Shown: one piece after another, positions 14,011-26,962 of the stretch
Layout: every line of letters begins with the position of its first letter
How positions within the stretch are numbered: the first letter of the stretch is position 1
NCBI GenBank assembly: GCA_030704615.1
Contig: CM060731.1
Location: forward strand, 65,782,001 to 65,846,000
Direction of reading: 5' to 3'
DNA length: 64,000 nucleotides
From: Takakia lepidozioides
Taxonomy: Eukaryota > Plantae > Bryophyta
Translations under genes and position numbers: made by a program
The notes under the pieces: generated by a model
What the model was told of the DNA's origin: nothing
The model's input: only the letters and a program-made list of their open reading frames with translations
Database searches by the model: none

Positions 14011-14695
14011 CGACAACTGCTGCACTTGAAAGACCTTCTAAGGTGTTCCTTTCTGTTAGCAGAGAAAAAGCTTTTGACATAGATCTGATCACAAATGCAG
14101 TCCATCTTCTCCTGCGGCCGTAGCTGTATTGAAGATGGAGTCTCTTAGCCCCATGGAGCGAGCTGTAAGATATCCCTTTCGTCATTCTCACGTTTTCGTT
14201 TGATGCTAGGTGTTGTATCGTGTGTCTGTTCCTTGAGGAGGTATGGCCATGCACTTATTGTGCCCAACATTTTGTGCAGGCTGAGCGAGACCGTATGGTT
14301 CTTGACATCAAAATGAAGCTGCCATGGGGGTGTTTTGAGGTATCAGTCGTAGAACCAAAGTGTATTCGCATTGCAGAAGCACATACTGGTGTTGGTAGTC
14401 ACTGGGTAAAGTTGTATTTTTGCACTTTGCACCAGGGCTTGTGGCGAAGGCTTCTCCTGCTGGTTGTTAGTTGTTACGGATGATCCTCTTTCTTCTTCCG
14501 AATTCGGCTCATTAGTCGGCGAGAATAACCATTTCAATTGGACCCTGTGTGGTTATCTGATATCAAACCTTGTGAAGATATGGATTGCCACCGTGACAGA
14601 GGGCAGGAAGCCCTCTTTGGCAGGTCAAACTTGGCTTAGAAATCCCTCTTGTAATCTAGACCGAAAGGTAGAGGTCAGAGTCGTTTAAGCTTGTT

Positions 14696-16005
14696 ATGAT
14701 ACCATTTGGTGGCATTTTGTCTGGTCATAAAAGGCAGAGACCCTATGCAGGTGAGTGGGTGATGGTGGCTTCTAGCCAAGGGAGGGGCTGGGCTGGAGAG
14801 ATACATGACTTAGACACGGATCTCTATGTGTTCAGCGCTGTCAATGGCTCCAATAGGCGCTTGGTTGTGAGGAATGGAGGTTGGCCTTTCCTGGGCAGAC
14901 AATGCCACAGTCTTCTTTCACCGGCAAGCTGGTGGTGGAGCATCTACAAAGTCAGTTTGTCAGACACTGCAACTACAGAAGGTTTGCAGTGATTGCTTCC
15001 GTTGCTCTTTAATGATACGCCAAACTAGGGATCAAAAACCTAAAATTAGTCTAACGAAGTGGCACTTAGAAACTTAATGCACCTGACTGACTTGGAATGC
15101 TCTTGGACTCCTTTTGCCCAAATGCATATCCGATGGTCCAGTTGCTATGTTTGAGGTGATATGAAAGTTGAGCGGATCACACCACCAGGCATGCATGCAT
15201 TCACACCAGCAGCTTCTCAGATGGGGAAGTGGATTTCTGTGGCTACTCGACGCCCTGGATCTTCGTATCGGCATGTTGAGTTTTTGACTTGCAAACGAAG
15301 CAGTTTGCCAAATTGACAGAATGGATCAATCCGGATGTGCACCATTATAATCCCTTTGTCTCTTCAGATTCTGGCAAAATTGGGTACCACAGATACAGAG
15401 GAGACTCATCAGAAGTCTTCTCTCCTCCCTCCATCATTCCCCATGTTGAGCAGGTGAAGTCACCACTCCCACAGCTGTCCCTTCTTCGCGTGTTGGGCTC
15501 TTTTCCATCATTCTCACCCGATGGGTTGTTGATTGCCTATATACCAAACATGAGCACTGATAGTGGTGTCTATGTGATGAAGTTGGATGGTTCAAGTAAA
15601 CAGAAAATCTTTTCGGGGCTCGTTTTTGGAACTGCATGGGATCCATAAAGGAAGGGTGTGGTGTATACGGCACATGGCCCAAAATTTGCTTCAGAGCACA
15701 GCACTGTGCATATAGTGACCATTTATAATGCAGATGTGGCCGATGTGGACACTGATGATGCGAGCTCCTCATGGGAAACACTAACGAAGGAGGCAAACAA
15801 TGTGTTTCCCTCACCCTCGCCTGATGGCAGGTATTTAGTCTTCCGCTCAGGTCATTCTGGGCACAAAAATCTCTACATTATGGATGCTTTCACTGGAGAA
15901 GAGGAATATCTTCGGAGGCTGACAGAAGGGCCTTGGACAGATACGATGCCAAATTGATCACCTGATAACCAAGGGATCGCTTTTCTTCTGACGCAGACAA
16001 TCCAG
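14696..16005 (+). pseudogene. TolB-like / PD40 beta-propeller protein pseudogene (plant 'tolB protein-related' family)
   Basis: Motifs VVRNGGWP, ERITPPGMHAFTPAAS, HHYNPFVSSDSGKIGYHR, GSFPSFSPDG and NVFPSPSPDGRYLVFRSGHSGHKNLYIMDAFTGEE..LRRLTEGPWTDTMPN. In-frame stops occur at 15646-15648 (WDP*RKG) and 15955-15957 (N*SPD), with frameshifts and missing ends. Confidence 0.85.
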
Positions 16006-18244
16006 GTATGCCTTTCTTGAGTTTGCTTTCTGATCTGAGAGGGTTACAAGGGAAGGGAGCAACAGACATATTTTGTGGCTTTCATTGTAGCTAAGCGTTT
16101 AGGACCTGAGGTTTATGGTCTCACTCTGCAAGGACCCCTGTAAGGACGTTTCGCTGCATGCAAAAGATAACATTTGTAAAAGACAATGCAGGTTTGAAGG
16201 GGAGTATTTCCTTGGATGTTCGGTGTAGACAGGGTGGAAATCAATGGCAGACAGATATGTCAACAGGAGGAAGTCCTCTCTAATGTATTTCTGGTTTGAT
16301 TTTTCCTCTGTTGAAGTGAACAAACATATGAATAGAGCAGGCATCAGCAGTTATAGTGTAGGGATGCTTGACCCATCATCAGAAAAGATTCAGACTCGGA
16401 AGATGGATATTTTCTTGGAAGTCAAACTTCCAAGAAGACCAGCTTGGCTCAGTGACGCTTCATTAATGAGTCACCACACACGACTCATCCTCAAGGTGGT
16501 CATGATGCCACACAGAAATGGTGTCCTGTTTGTGCATCAAGTGGTTTACATTGCATTTGTGGGATGCTGATTTGGCCTCCCGCGGAGTCCAGCTCTTCAT
16601 CTTATGCGAATCAGACTATGCACATTGGCTGTCAACGGACAATGGATTCCTGCTCTCGGCTTGCAAGAAGATGTCCATCTTCCGAGTCTGAATCTATCAG
16701 CTTTTCCTTTCCTTTACTGCGCGGATCTTCAGATAGGAGTGCAGCCTTGCCGTTTGTCCATCAATAATCAATTAGGCAGCCAGTCTGAGGCAGCGGCCAT
16801 GACTCAGCAAAATGTTCTCAGATGTCTAACAAATGCACTCTGCCCATACCAAGATATGCGGTTGCACTGAATGCCTATGTCATCATTGGAGTAGCAAAAG
16901 AAAGGAAGCTGCAGCAGGCACTCCATTGACTTAGCTAGTGGATTGTTCAATCTACTACATCAATAATAGCTGAGGCATATGTGATTCCTGCAGTCTTAAG
17001 GTACACCTTTTCATCTGCAGATCAAATTGAGGGGTTTATTGTCTCTCATGCGGCAAGTCAATGAGGGATACTGGGGATTGTTACCAGAACTAGCCATAGT
17101 ACTACCCTTACAGCAGCAAATGCAGCAGCAGGATCCCAGCAGTAGTGATGAAAACCACTGTTCTCAGTTCGCCTCTTTCTCTCTTTCTCTTGATGCATTG
17201 TCTCCTTAGATTCTACTTGTCGCATTGAAGGTTGATGCCTTTCTTTTAATGCCGATTTTACTGTCCTTCCACTGTCCCTCTTTGCCTGCCATGGCGTTAC
17301 AAAGTGCGTTTCTTCCTAATTTTTGGGTGTGGAATGGGGGGAAGACCATACATCAAAAACCTCATCAAACAACCTCGGCAAACCAAGAATTGTCACCTTC
17401 CTGAAAAGGCAACTTTCAGAGGAGGGCAGGAGGATGAGATTGCAGCACAGGGTATCCAAAGACAACCTGTGAAGGCCAACCCAGCCAGCAACTACAAGTA
17501 CAAGTTTCTTCCTCCGCAAAGAACAGCTAAGGCCAGCAAGGGAGAGTTCAAATGCATCCCACCAGGACTTTAGGACAATGCATGAAACACCTTTCTTGTC
17601 CCTGCATGTTTTGAATCCTAGCAAGGAAGACCTCGTATTTGTCCTCCTCTGCTTTGTGAGAGCGTGCTGCATGACGAGATTGAATCAGTTGAGGAAACCA
17701 TTTCAATGGAACTCTATAAATTTCTTTCTTGATGTCAAAGCAGACCTGGCCTACTGTGGACATGATTCTTATACTAAGTATTTATGGTGTCTCTTGCTCC
17801 CCTTCCAGTTAATGCGTTTCTATTCTTTTCAAGCTTGTTAGAACACCTCAAAGCAACAGACACAGTGCCCATTGGCCTGACAGGTTTAAGTTGCAAAGAA
17901 GCAAGACGAGAAAGATGAGGACGTGGATGAAAGGTGGCCCTCCTGGATGACAATCAATTCCGGCGTCATCTCTGCGCCTCGTACCCGATCCTGACCGTTG
18001 GACAACGTCATATCCGTCCTCTCCAACGTCGGGTCTGTGGTAATACCTACCTACCTCATGTCAGCAGCAGTTGGATGGATGAGAGGGTGAGTGGATGATA
18101 AATCGTACACATCCTCTACAAAGAGACTCTGGTCCTCTTAGCAAGCAAGGCTCTAGTGTTACCATACAAGCAATCGCTGTAGAGGAGCAGCATATACCCT
18201 GCAACGGAAAACGAGTTTCACGTCTCGGAACTGAGATCTGAAAA

Positions 18245-18261
18245 CACGTCATACTGACGTG
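18245..18261. promoter_or_regulatory. Palindromic double TGACGT (bZIP/TGA-type) element upstream of the cysteine-rich peptide gene
   Basis: Perfect inverted repeat CACGTCA-tac-TGACGTG ~490 bp upstream of ATG 18755, with further ACGT cores nearby (~18219, ~18268). A TATA-like ttataa lies at ~18639 and a GA-rich 5' leader follows. Confidence 0.4.
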
Positions 18262-18754
18262 ATGTGGACGTCGGAATTTTGCAGCCCTAACTCTGCCTTA
18301 TCTCCACATCACAGGTGGCGAATTATGATTGGCCAATATAATAACGTAACAATCTCCTACAGTAAATAACTGGCAAGGGAATTTGCGGCGCCCTCCATTA
18401 TTACTGTTCTGAATATACGCCGAATTTACCCACAGTATCCCTCCGACAGTATCCCTCTGACGGATTGAATAAATTAGATGTATAATGTTTTCTGGGGAAT
18501 GATCTGGATGATATCACGTAGATGAAGCCATCAGCATGGATGCTATTCGTCCATTTATTTGTGGATATGTTATATGGTATATATTTTCTGGATGTCAATT
18601 CTCAGAGGATGAATACTTTGGATGAATGAAGCTCTCACTTATAACGACAAAAGCCAAGCAGGCCAAGCGGGGGGTTAGTGAGAGAGAAGAGTATCGGACG
18701 GAAGTGAAGTCTAAGTATCGCAGAAGAGAGAGAGAGAGAGAGTGATCAGCGGCC

Positions 18755-18946
18755 ATGGCCAAATCAAGCAACACTGCCGCCCAGTTTGTCGCAATGCTGC
18801 TGCTGGCCAGCGTTTTGCTGGCTGCTCACGGCCCTGGCCTCGTTGAATCTCAGTGCGCCAGCAACTCGGTCTCATGTGGAGCTTTTACCTGCTGCGACTC
18901 CCCGCTGCGCTGTGTCTGCGACGGAGTTGGAACGTGTGGATGCTAA
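18755..18946 (+). CDS. Secreted small cysteine-rich peptide precursor (8 Cys, ginsentide/knottin-like)
   Basis: Good start context (gccATGG) and a hydrophobic signal peptide (FVAMLLLASVLLAA...GLVES). The mature 31-mer QCASNSVSCGAFTCCDSPLRCVCDGVGTCGC has spacing C-x6-C-x4-CC-x5-CxC-x5-CxC and ends at the stop codon. Confidence 0.85.
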   Translation: MAKSSNTAAQFVAMLLLASVLLAAHGPGLVESQCASNSVSCGAFTCCDSPLRCVCDGVGTCGC

Positions 18947-21324
18947 ACTGATGATGGGCTCACCTACGCGACCGACGGCATTGTGGACCGGCCTTTGTTG
19001 AAGGCAAGATCTTCCTACCAGAACTCCAGCTGGTCTTATCAAGCTTATAGTTCAGCTTGTGGCTATGCAGATCAATCTCCCCGAGCCGTGGCTGCACACC
19101 GGCCGGTGGGAGGCACCAGTCGGGGGGGGGAGGAGTAGCTTTACAGATTTCTCAAGTTGCTCTCCATCGCAATATTAGGCCAATGTTAAATTCAGCTCGG
19201 ATGATTATTCGCTACTCACATGAAGTAAATCTCATTGCTCGCAAACCTTATGCAGCGTTCGGGCTGTACTACCAACCATATTAAAATTTTCGAATATCAC
19301 TCAGGTGCCCAAGTTATTCCTGAAGTATCGAGTTAATCACCTCACTTTCTGACTCGCTCTCATGTCTCGTGTTGTTGTAATGCAGGTTAGCAATGGACCT
19401 CTGAGTCTAAGAGAAGAATTCCTTCAGACTACGTCGACGTGGGATGGTCACTGCTCTAGGATTGCACCTAGAGTACTTAATCAGTTTGGGTCGTAGGCTC
19501 TTCCCCTAATAATGCAGATGCACAACTGGTGGATAGTCAGTGGCTCATTGACACTAAGAAGGTTGTGATGCACTAAGCTCATTAGAAGCAAACAACTTGG
19601 ACCTTGCTGATAGTGAGCTGAAGTGTAAAAGTTTGCAGCAGCTACTAGCCTTGGTTTGGTAGCTGCACTTTCTGATTTGGAATTCAGCTCACACTCTCTG
19701 AATGCTATAAACGGTTTCTCACTATTTGGATTGCGACCTTTTCTGCAATTTGGATAAGATAACGGCCAACATTAATGGTGCCATATATGTACTGAATACT
19801 ACAAGAATACTTTGCATTCTTCATATGATGTAGAGATTGAAACTACATTTATCCGTCTTCCTATTTAGTAGAGCCACTTCACCGAATGATGTGGCGACGT
19901 TGCGCGATGCACTGGAAATTGCGGCAGCAGTTCATCATACGGACGTGGAAATATCAAGTACTATATTCAAGGACATCTTGGGGCCTTTGCCTGTGTGGGA
20001 TGAACTTCGGTAGGTGCTACACAGTACTGACTCACTCTGATGATATCAGTCAGGCTGACCATGAGAAACTGGAGATAGACAACTCCCCCCCCCCCACCTC
20101 CTCTGAAGACAGTTGGATGGGTTTTATTTGCTATTCGAAACTTTGCAGTAATTCCCTCTGTGGCTGTTTCTCACCCTTTGACAAGTACGAATTTCCCTTC
20201 AATTTCCTCCCTCATTCTCCCTCATTCAGTCATGAGGTTGAATGACTAGACCCTGAATATTTTGGAGCGTATTGGCCTTCTGCAGAAACTGAATGCACTT
20301 TGTTGCAACTGGCTTTTATAATCCCCACTTGTTTCTGCACATTTCTGCACATTCTGGTATAAATGGGCAACTGTTTGTCTGCATTAGCAACTCCGTGCTG
20401 AATATTGTTTCGAGGGGAAGCATTTTCACCTGGACTTGCCAGCTGTGGCTGTCCTTGTTTTAGCCTTTGCACACGCAAGCACCTTCTCCTGTTCCCTAGA
20501 CAACCAGGGTGTGGATATATGAAGGTGTGCGAAAACGGTGACTTTGGGAAGGCCTCCTCGGGTTTACTACGAGCGCTCATGCATCGGGGCATTCAGCTAT
20601 GGAGTTGTGGGCAGATGGAATTGTTGCTGTGGCAGTCACAGGCGCCGCCCTCCTCCTCTTAATTGGTGTTGCGTTGGGGCTCTCGTAAGGCTGACATCCT
20701 TCCCAGTTTCACTCTGTTTTGTACGTTCAATTGGAAGACAGTGTGTGGGTCCCAAGCAAACTCATAGAAGGTTGTCTTCTATGTACTACATCTCCACGAA
20801 TCGAAAAGTGCACTAGCGAAAGCAAGTTTCGACGATCAATTCGGGAATTGTTTGCAAATATACAGACAAAGGAGTGTAGACTGGCGCACAAATGAGCACT
20901 GAGCGAAAATTATTAGATAAGGCCATACGCAATTCCCAGCAATTACACAGAAAAAGCTCGTAGAGATGAACCTATTTGAGCAAAATATCGGCATTGAATT
21001 TTGTGTTCTTGTTGATTGGTCAACACATTCATTTCTAGAAGTCAGCTTGAGTTCTGTGTGAAGCCTGGCTGAGAGCTTGTATGGTTTTGCTGATCTCTTT
21101 TGCAACTTAGAGTTCTTGCTTCAAGCTGGAGTGAAAGAGCTTGCATAGGATATATTCCTTGGGACATCTGTACTGCTTCTTTACCAATTGTGCTTCTGTG
21201 GGTTGGCAGCATAGCTTGTCACCCCTTATGGCTGGTGAGATGGATACAGAAAAAGCAGCCCCCTGTCCTCTTCCACAAACCCACTCAAGGTACCTTTTCT
21301 CCCTTCTCTCTTGTGCTTTTTTTT

Positions 21325-21608
21325 TCCCCTCTGTTCACCAACTATGAGTACTCTCAAGGCTGAGCCTAAAGCCCTGGCCCTGTTGGGGTCTAGCTTTTGG
21401 GCTACTCACACACAGATTGATGTTTGTGTGAGGGTTTTCTAGAGGATATCTGGAAAGGCCGAACTAATTGTCTTTACCAAGGTAAGTCACACTACCGGAG
21501 TGAGCCCCTCACAAAAGTAGTTTCCATTCCCTATGTTTCCGTCCAAACTGGGCACGGAGTCTATGGCGACAAGGCTACGGCAACACAAGTCTTATGAGTA
21601 CATTCTCT
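21325..21608 (+). mobile_element. 5'-truncated 3' end of the LINE family also found at 57.7-61.4 kb and 62.6-63.3 kb
   Basis: Shares gctgagcctaaagcc...cacacacagattgatgtttgtgtgagggttttctagaggatatctggaaa...caaactgggc...aaggctacggcaacacaagtcttatgagtacattctc with the other copies. Confidence 0.85.
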
Positions 21609-21999
21609 TCTGCTTTTACAGATTGACTGGCAACAGGATCAACATGTCTCACTATCTGTATAACATAGGGGTTCAGTAGCAGTGCTTGCAATTCTAGCAT
21701 GATATCAAAGCCAGTCCTTAGATCAACGCTCAATTTGCTGTTACGCAATGTCGCCATCCCAGCCATCAGTTTCAGTGGTGGCATTGCTGCCCTGGCTTTT
21801 CTAAGGGTGGTTGGATCTAGTGTGTGCAGAGAAAGTAGTGGTGCTCACCCTTGATGATGGCCCCCATGCAAACATGATGATTTCTCCCTCATCCTCTCAT
21901 ATTTAAGAAGGCAAGGAAGGGAAAAAGGGGAAGGTAGATGCCTGGGGTCGACATGAGACCAGAGGGGCAATGGAGGGCTCGTTTTCGTAACTAGGGTTA

Positions 22000-23700
22000 G
22001 GTTAGTCGAGGTAATGTCATTTTCTTGTGAAAGAGGTTTGTCAAGTATCTCACATTGTTAGGACTCAGGTAAATATACTAAGAGCCATAGTTCACAGCTG
22101 AAAGATGCATATTGTTTGTAGGGTTGGATATGCTAGCGGTTTTGTTCACCTTCCTTATCCAGTAATTCCCATCTTTAACGATGACAAGTTACATGTAGGG
22201 CTGGATAGAAAGGATTGTTTGAATCTGAAAACCTCATCTCCTTCTGTCCATCTCAAAAGGTTGGGATTCTCCCATGCATTTATCTAAGGAGGTTTAAGGA
22301 AACCCCAAGAGGGTTGGAGGGTTTATGCCATATGATCCCCTTTTGTGGGTTCATGAGGACAGGTCATGAGGTAGGCAATCACACAATGAGGGATGTGGCT
22401 AGCTGGAGCCTTTCGCCGGTATGCGCTTCGAAATTTTTGAGCCTAATAAAATTGTAGATGTGCTCAATAGGCCCTAAGATGGTTTTAGTTCAGTGGAGAA
22501 TCCAACTCACTAGGCCAAATGAACATTTCAAAATACTTTGGACCTTCTGTGTGCTGTGTCAGGAGGAATTTGAGGAGCAACTTATAGCAGTGGACAATCG
22601 TATCAATAGCTTCGTCCAGTACGATACAAGTGACAACTCCATAAAGTGGTTTTGCCCTGTAAGTACTAAGTTGTGTAATTCTCAGGATTTGGGTTGTCTG
22701 AATTTTAAGTCAAGAATCTAGCATCTTGTTCAGTGAAGTGATCAAAGCTTGCTCAATAGCCACATTGACAGACTTTACAGTGTGAGTTGGGATCTAATAG
22801 CATCTGTATCTCTCTCCCCTCTGCCCTTTTGTGACTTGCAGTACAACCACATGCACATTTGCAACATGTGTCTCAAGCTAGAGTGTTGCAGTGCCCTGGC
22901 ACGGCTGACAAGGAAAGGGGATCAAGTGTGCATGTGCTGGCATTGGCATAATGCTGGAGGTTGTCGTATGTAGCCTGCTAGGTTGAGGCCCCAGAAATTT
23001 TCTAGGGAGAGTTGGTGTCTTGCGGCAACCATGCCCTTAATAGTTAACTTTACTGCTGGTGTGGCAGGGCCATGGTTTCTACAATAGGAAAATCGTGAAA
23101 ATTTGCAAGGCACATGGCTATAGGATAGCCTTGGGGTCTTTGTTTCCTCTGGACCACATGTTTAAGGACCAAGCCAGGCTCCTCGTCAACAACATGCTAT
23201 GGCGGGTGAGTTCTCTGCTCTATCTTCTTCTCGAATGTAAAGCCATTCGTGTGTAAATTTTCCCTCCATGCTACATTTGATAACTCCAAGGAAATATTTG
23301 GGGCTGAATGTGTAACTCAGGATTTTTGAGTTGCCTGGGGTGGAATTATGCCCTGACACATTGGGTGCTTCAACTGAGCTTATACAAGTCACTAAGTACT
23401 GCGAGCTAGATGCTGTTATTTTGGATGACTAATGTGGATCGTGATATCTTTAAGAACTTGACTAGTTTGTTGACAGGAAGCTTAATGTCTTTTCGGAATT
23501 ACTTTAGGCAATGGGCTTGAGTAGTTCAACACTCTGAGGTTTATCCTGGCATGCCAACCAGTTTGTGTCCCAGCCACAATGGTTCAATCTGGAGATGGGG
23601 GACGTGGCTAAGATGACATGTCCGTGACTTACCAAACAAAAAACAGTTGTAATGATGGAGTGGGTGCATGTTTGGTATGAAGATGCATCCAGGTACAGTC
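22000..23700 (-). mobile_element. Probable highly degenerate non-LTR retrotransposon remnant
   Basis: There is no intact ORF. Reverse-strand SPKYFLGVI resembles the YLG motif at the end of LINE RT domains. Boundaries are approximate. Confidence 0.25.
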
Positions 23701-25251
23701 ATCATACTGCATGATCGATTACCATTCTAGTACATGTGAGGAGATACTTTTGTATGTCACGAATAATAGTGTAGCCGTGAGAATTTCACCGTGAAAGACT
23801 ACACAGAAACAGAAGGCCTGCTGATTCCTTATTGCCAATTTGTAAAGATGCTAGTACACTGGCGTAATGTATGTTTAGGTGAAATTTTCATTATCTCCTC
23901 CTGTCAAGGATTGCTGAAGACAACAAGTGAGAAATGCAGGTTTTGAGGATGCTGTTACCAGAATTGAGAAGACAAGGATACATGGTGGTTACGCTCTGCG
24001 AGCTTATGCATTTACAACATGACTCTCATTTGCATAGTAATGTGTAAGGTTTGTTGAATAACACAGTAGCCTCCAACTCCACATAGAGCATGCAAGTCCC
24101 AAGTGAGGTCAGTATTCAAACCAGTGGGTTGACCCCTGCTGGGTGATAGAACAAAGGACCTGTCGTCATGAGGATGAGTGATCTAAACATCTGAAGATCA
24201 ATTCAATCTATACCAGTAAGTTAAAAATTGGGATACACAGTGACGTTCCGCAAATGTTTGGGCCTTCTAAACAGATGTGCCCTAGCCATGGTTGTGTGAG
24301 GGTTAGTTCTTTGTTGCTTTCAGTGTCCATGCTGGAAGCCAATGCAGTGACTGGTTGGTTTAACGAATTAGCTGATGACGAATCTCACAGCACCACAGGA
24401 TTTGCAGCCCTTCATGATAGTAGTGGACATCCCCCTCTTCCTAATGAACTGACTCATTGTTCTATTAATCAACTCATTCCAATATGAAGGTTCAAAATTA
24501 CTGTGTATGTACATACTGATTTGAAAGTTGGTAACTGAGCCATCCACCAGAAAATTGCTCTCCCGCCAAGGCAGCTTTTTCTCTGCCTCCTGCTATCACA
24601 AATGCACAACTTAATTGCAGGTTGTGGTTGGAACTTGCTGACTTTCTGGATATTAGAGCTTTGACACAACATGTGGAACCCAGTCCAACTCTCAGGAGGA
24701 GACCCCAAGCGTCAAGACAATTAGGGTCAACTGCAGAGGTATATGGATTCTAGTAAACCCTGGTTAATCAACCACTTGTATAAATGTGCAATGGGAGATG
24801 CATTCCCTATTTCACACATGAATCAGTGCAATTGCTCACTTTTACAGGTGCGTGAGTAGCGTCGTCCCGTCCGTCATTGCTGCTGCTGTCGCCCTATGTG
24901 GAATGTGTGTCATCTTTCGCCAGATTATTCAGTTCGAGGTCAAAAATATCTTCCTGCCGTAGGTGCAAAAAGCAGCAATGGAGATTGTACCTTCAGTGTT
25001 GTTCGCCACCCTATCTGTTGTATGTGCTACCTGGACAAACTCTTAAACCCAAAACACTGGGCTCCTTCCATGCTCTCCATCTGAAGCCAAAGTAGATAGC
25101 AACTTGCCAAATTTCAAGTATGCCTCTTCTTATTTTTTGTTGTATTCCCGGAGCTCTTCAGATGGCTCTTACTCAAAGCAAGACTGGAACAGAGAGATGT
25201 TGTGCCTCTTTCACTTGAATCTGGGTCTGATATGTATATGAGAAATTTGAT

Positions 25252-26910
25252 CTATGCCACCCCCGAGTGTTGCAAGTCACGGACTCTGTTTTCCCCTACC
25301 TTGGTTGTCGGGGTCAAACTCTCTACACGCTCATAAGATTGTCGACTCGTTGGTGGCTTCTTGAGAGCATGTAATGAGACTAGGATAGAGTGAGAAAGCC
25401 ACGCATCTGCAGCAGCATACTGAATCTGCCTGAACGTCAAGCCCCGTATCTCCCAGTTACTCATCGTGGACCTCCTGTCCTTCTTGTAAGTGACCCCGAG
25501 CACTCTTTTCGTTAGAGTGGATATGCCTGCCTTTCTAAGAGACTGATCTCCCAATATGGAAGCCGCAAGTGGCCCTAGTTCGACCTCCCCCGCACACTCA
25601 AGACCGTGATCTTCCTTCAGCTTCTTTGTGTCCTCCTGCACATCGGCTAAAATTCAAACCTATCCAGATTCTTCCTTCACAATATTCAAAAACGGGTATC
25701 GCAATTCGTTGTCTGAACTGTCACAAAGCAGTCCTGACCATGCAGCATTGATGTTGGACTGACAAAGATCAAAGGATGAACCGCTTTCAGGACCCTCCGA
25801 CTTTTCGCGATTAAACACTGCATTTGGTGATTATGCACCGTAACAGAGTGACACAAAGATAAAAAAAAGTACAAAGATATGACGAAGTATCATCATTCTG
25901 TATAGGTGTGATATGTTTCAACATACCTTAATGCCAACTCCACCCAACATCACATTTGGGTCTGCGAGGAACCGTCTAAGGGATGAAGGAAACACATCAA
26001 TGTGTAGAAGCTGAACCAAAAGGCACCGTGTCTCGAGAGAGAGCTGCAAAATGGCAGCAACATGGTAGTCACCTTTCTGGAATGTGGGGCGCCATTCGAT
26101 GTCCAACCCCAATTTAGTCTCCTCTCTGTATTCATCCAACCAGCTCTCAACCGTTGCAGCCGAGGCGGCCACTGTCACCAGCACTTTCTTTCCCAGTATC
26201 TCCACCACGCTATCGCAGCAATCAAAGCCACTTCCCGTCGAAGGGCCGTACGCATTATACCTCGGATACGCCCAGTCGGATTGTTCTTCTTTAGCAATTG
26301 GTTCGTCCCAGCCGGATTGTTCCTGTGTAGCAATCGGTTCGTCCCAGCCACTCCAATTCCTTCCCCCACCCTCTGTCTCCTTCCAATTTGCAAAATTAGA
26401 TTCCGTTTCCTGCGGGACCGGGATACGTTCCGTCTCTATGCACGTCTCTCCCCAAGCCCCAGTTCCTCTTTGCTGGTGCATCTGTCCTTCTATGCCCACT
26501 GGCATACGCTCCGTCTCTATGCACGTCTCTCCCCAAGCTCCAGTCCATCTTTGCTGGTGCATCTGTCCTTCTATGCCGGACGATGGCTGGCTTCGTCCTA
26601 AACCCTCGCTGCCTTGTCCCCAACCCCATATCTCAGAGATATTGTTCTGTTGGACTGGTTCCATTGAGGTCCCTCTTTGCTGGTGCATCTGTCCTTCTAT
26701 GCCCGACGATGGCTGGCTTCGTCCTACCCCCTCGCTGCCTTGTCCCCAAACCCATACCTCAGAGATATTGTTCTGTTGGACTGGTTCCATTGAGGTCCCT
26801 GCAGACTTCATCTCTCGCCTCCTCCAGTTCCTCCGACTTCCCTCCTGCCTCTTTGTTTTCCCTCTTTCTTCCAATGCAGCCTCCATAGCGCTCCCTGGAT
26901 TTGGGAGCAT
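25252..26910 (-). CDS. DEDDy 3'-5' exonuclease (WRN/WEX-like DnaQ fold) with a repeat-built WG/GW-rich N-terminal extension, ~455 aa
   Basis: Exon 1 is 26910-25927 (AAG|GTATGT) and exon 2 is 25635-25252 (GTGCAG|GAG), phase 0. ExoI LGLDIEWRP, ExoII GVGIK|EDTKKL, SNWE and ExoIII QIQYAAADAW are all intact. The N-terminal ~230 aa are low-complexity repeats. Confidence 0.92.
26270..26800 (-). repeat. Nested coding tandem repeats within the exonuclease N-terminus (126-bp, 81-bp and 36-bp units)
   Basis: 42-aa unit GTSMEPVQQNNISExWxWGQGSEGxGRSQPSSGIEGQMHQQR x2; 27-aa unit xTGAWGETCIETERxPVGIEGQMHQQR x~1.6; 12-aa unit SGWDEPIAxxEQ x~2.3. Confidence 0.9.
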
Positions 26911-26962
26911 CTTCCTCTCTCCCTCCCAACCTGCTTAATCAACCACCTGCCCTCTCTATCAA

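Noticed and set aside
14696-16005. TolB-like sequence as bacterial contamination or recent horizontal transfer
   Set aside because: The motifs match the established plant TolB-related family, and the fragment is a decayed copy embedded in plant sequence.
26062-26938. Long + strand ORFs (284 aa and 179 aa) antisense to the exonuclease
   Set aside because: They mirror the repeat-built exon 1. Tandem repeats propagate stop-free frames and there is no independent protein signature.
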